The notes under the pieces are model-generated. The model was not told the DNA's origin and made no database searches. It saw only the letters and a list, made by a program, of their open reading frames with translations. A stretch of DNA of 64,000 nucleotides from a virus (Duplodnaviria > Heunggongvirae > Uroviricota > Caudoviricetes). Each line of letters begins with the position of its first letter. Position 1 is the stretch's first letter. This document shows positions 62,588 to 64,000 of this stretch, one piece after another. The stretch lies in the IMG/VR virus record IMGVR_UViG_3300000517_000001; one strand, given 5' to 3'. The position numbers and the translations under genes are program-made.

Positions 62588-63040
62588 CTAGTTTTTTACT
62601 ACTACTGCCTCGACATCTGCATAATTGAAGTGTTCAAAGTATCCCTTCCATTCATTAGTATTAATAGGCACGCCTTCAAATTCAAGAGGCTTACCTTCAT
62701 AATTGAAGTTAGGGTTCGCAGCAGCATCTTTACGAATTGCTTCAACAAGGCGGTAAGCTTTTGCGCTGTTGCTGAATGCCCACAGATGTGTTCTACAACC
62801 ATTTTCGCGACCAAAGCTGTCGCCGCTGTCGTAGCTCACGTAGACAATGTAAATATCATCACCAGGTTTAACCTCTGTCTCACCAGGAAAAAGACTCACA
62901 TCGCTATAACCCTCATTTGTTATTCGAGCCCCAAAATAGCGGTAGACATGGTCCTCACGCCATTCGTATTCCCAACGGCTTTCGCCATACTGAGTTTCTT
63001 CCCGTCGACCATAATCACGATAGTCAAGATTGAAGTTCAT
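62588..63040 (-). CDS. hypothetical protein (150 aa from second ATG)
   Basis: Same leader-encoded MKGNTMN as the previous gene. Real start likely MNFNLDY. Confidence 0.4.
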   Translation of the reverse strand: MNFNLDYRDYGRREETQYGESRWEYEWREDHVYRYFGARITNEGYSDVSLFPGETEVKPGDDIYIVYVSYDSGDSFGRENGCRTHLWAFSNSAKAYRLVEAIRKDAAANPNFNYEGKPLEFEGVPINTNEWKGYFEHFNYADVEAVVVKN

Positions 63041-63068
63041 AGTGTTTCCTTTCATTTTATATAATAGT

Positions 63069-63097
63069 AATCTATACTATTTAAGAATGAATGTCAA
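63069..63097 (-). promoter_or_regulatory. early promoter repeat (TTGACA-17-TAGATT)
   Basis: Family member. Confidence 0.5.
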
Positions 63098-63650
63098 CTA
63101 GTTTTTTAGCCTGTTGTGCAATATCTTCAATATGTACTGGCGTATAATCAATTGCCTCTACAGACATGTTAATATAAGCACCAGGCGGAGATGGATTTTG
63201 ATGAATATGTCCATGAACGTTGACCATTTTTATTTGTGCGTCAGGTCTACCACGAGAAGCAGACATTTCATGTAGTGGTACATGACTCAAAAGGAGATTG
63301 TACTCTGTAAACTGACGCCACAGACCAACCTTTTGAAACCAGCCACCAGATGCAAGAAACTTTACATCATCGTGATTACCTACAAGAAGACGCTTGCTTC
63401 CATGAAGTCGATTAAAGTTTTTAGCCATCCATTCTTTATGGTCTGGACCCATAGCTACATCACCAAGATGATACACAATATCACCTTGCTTAACTGTACT
63501 GTTCCAAAGCTCAATCATATGTTCATTCATATGATCCACATCGTCGTAGCCAGGACGAATATGCTTGCCAGTAAATGCATCAGTAAAGTTTAAGATGTTC
63601 GAATGGCAGAAATGTGTATCACTAATAAGCCAAATATCACGTGACATCAT
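63081..63650 (-). CDS. calcineurin-like metallophosphoesterase
   Basis: ISDTHF, GD, GNHD, VHGHIH motif series. 189 aa. Confidence 0.65.
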   Translation of the reverse strand: MMSRDIWLISDTHFCHSNILNFTDAFTGKHIRPGYDDVDHMNEHMIELWNSTVKQGDIVYHLGDVAMGPDHKEWMAKNFNRLHGSKRLLVGNHDDVKFLASGGWFQKVGLWRQFTEYNLLLSHVPLHEMSASRGRPDAQIKMVNVHGHIHQNPSPPGAYINMSVEAIDYTPVHIEDIAQQAKKLVDIHS

Positions 63651-63840
63651 TAAATCCTTTTGAGAAAGAAGAAGTAACTGGACCCAAATCTTTTTCTGGT
63701 TCTATCCAGCGACCGTCTCTTTGATATACACGTCTTGCCCGCATAGCGCACGGGCAATAAGGTTCACCATTTTGAGGGCCGATGCAGCCACATGCCTGAG
63801 CAGCTACATCGGTTTCAAGCTTCCAACTATTCATGATCAT
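63637..63840 (-). CDS. hypothetical Cys-rich protein (67 aa)
   Basis: CGCIGPQNGEPYCPC Cys cluster. Confidence 0.35.
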   Translation of the reverse strand: MIMNSWKLETDVAAQACGCIGPQNGEPYCPCAMRARRVYQRDGRWIEPEKDLGPVTSSFSKGFNDVT

Positions 63841-64000
63841 ACTCGTCGATATCAGTACCAGCGCGAGTAATAGTCACTTTAACATGATCACCATAAATTG
63901 CTTGCATAATATCTTCATCAATCATATTAAGTGCACTTTGCAAAGCACTAAAGCTTTCATCGATCCTTTGAGTAGTTTCAAGAGGATACTTTTCCAAAAA
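63827..64000 (-). CDS. hypothetical protein, C-terminal part (gene starts beyond window end)
   Basis: Minus-strand reading frame open from 64000 to stop at 63827 (...VKVTITRAGTDIDEYDHE-stop). Overlaps the start of the next gene out of frame. Confidence 0.35.
   Translation of the reverse strand, partial: FLEKYPLETTQRIDESFSALQSALNMIDEDIMQAIYGDHVKVTITRAGTDIDEYDHE

Noticed and set aside
62531-63055. MKGNTMN N-termini shared by ORFs 62351..62545 and 62588..63055
   Set aside because: The first ATG and the following AAAGGAAAC are part of the repeated promoter-leader module. The AAGGA acts as RBS for the second ATG, so the true starts are 62530 and 63040.
1-64000. CRISPR arrays, integrase/attachment sites, reverse transcriptase (DGR), homing endonucleases
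   Set aside because: No spaced direct-repeat arrays, no tyrosine/serine recombinase motifs, no RT motifs, and no HNH/GIY-YIG signatures were seen in any frame.

Overview
This window is a segment of a T4-like myovirus genome, almost entirely transcribed on the minus strand.

Positions 1 to about 34,100 (minus strand) carry a late structural module: three tail-fibre genes, a 1915-aa structural protein, a baseplate cluster (gp53 / gp27-like hub / gp5-like spike / gp25 / gp6 / gp7-like) and several TATAAATA late-type promoters. Positions 34,139–38,379 (plus strand) carry a gp4-like head-completion nuclease, a tail-tube-family protein and a tape-measure-like protein. Positions 38,400–64,000 (minus strand) are an early/DNA-RNA-metabolism module: gp32, gp59, RNase H, PhoH, a PAAR protein, RNA ligase 1, HAD phosphatases, glutaredoxin and many small ORFs. 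These early genes are driven by at least 12 near-identical sigma70-like promoter-leader repeats.

Two features stand out:

- **Accessory island, 3315–9251.** A roughly 6-kb AT-rich island is wedged between two tail-fibre genes. It encodes a TctC/TctA-type transporter pair, two PP-loop ATP pyrophosphatases (one clearly QueC-like), a GNAT-fold protein, a Ser/Thr/Tyr tandem-repeat protein built from 24-bp DNA repeats, and a putative transferase. I do not recognise this combination.
- **Two-piece tmRNA, 41,455–41,824.** An ORF-free structured locus reads as a circularly permuted (two-piece) tmRNA gene behind a late promoter, with tag peptide ANINAEPVALAA.

All calls are from reading the sequence. 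GC contrasts are by-eye estimates and no database searches were run.
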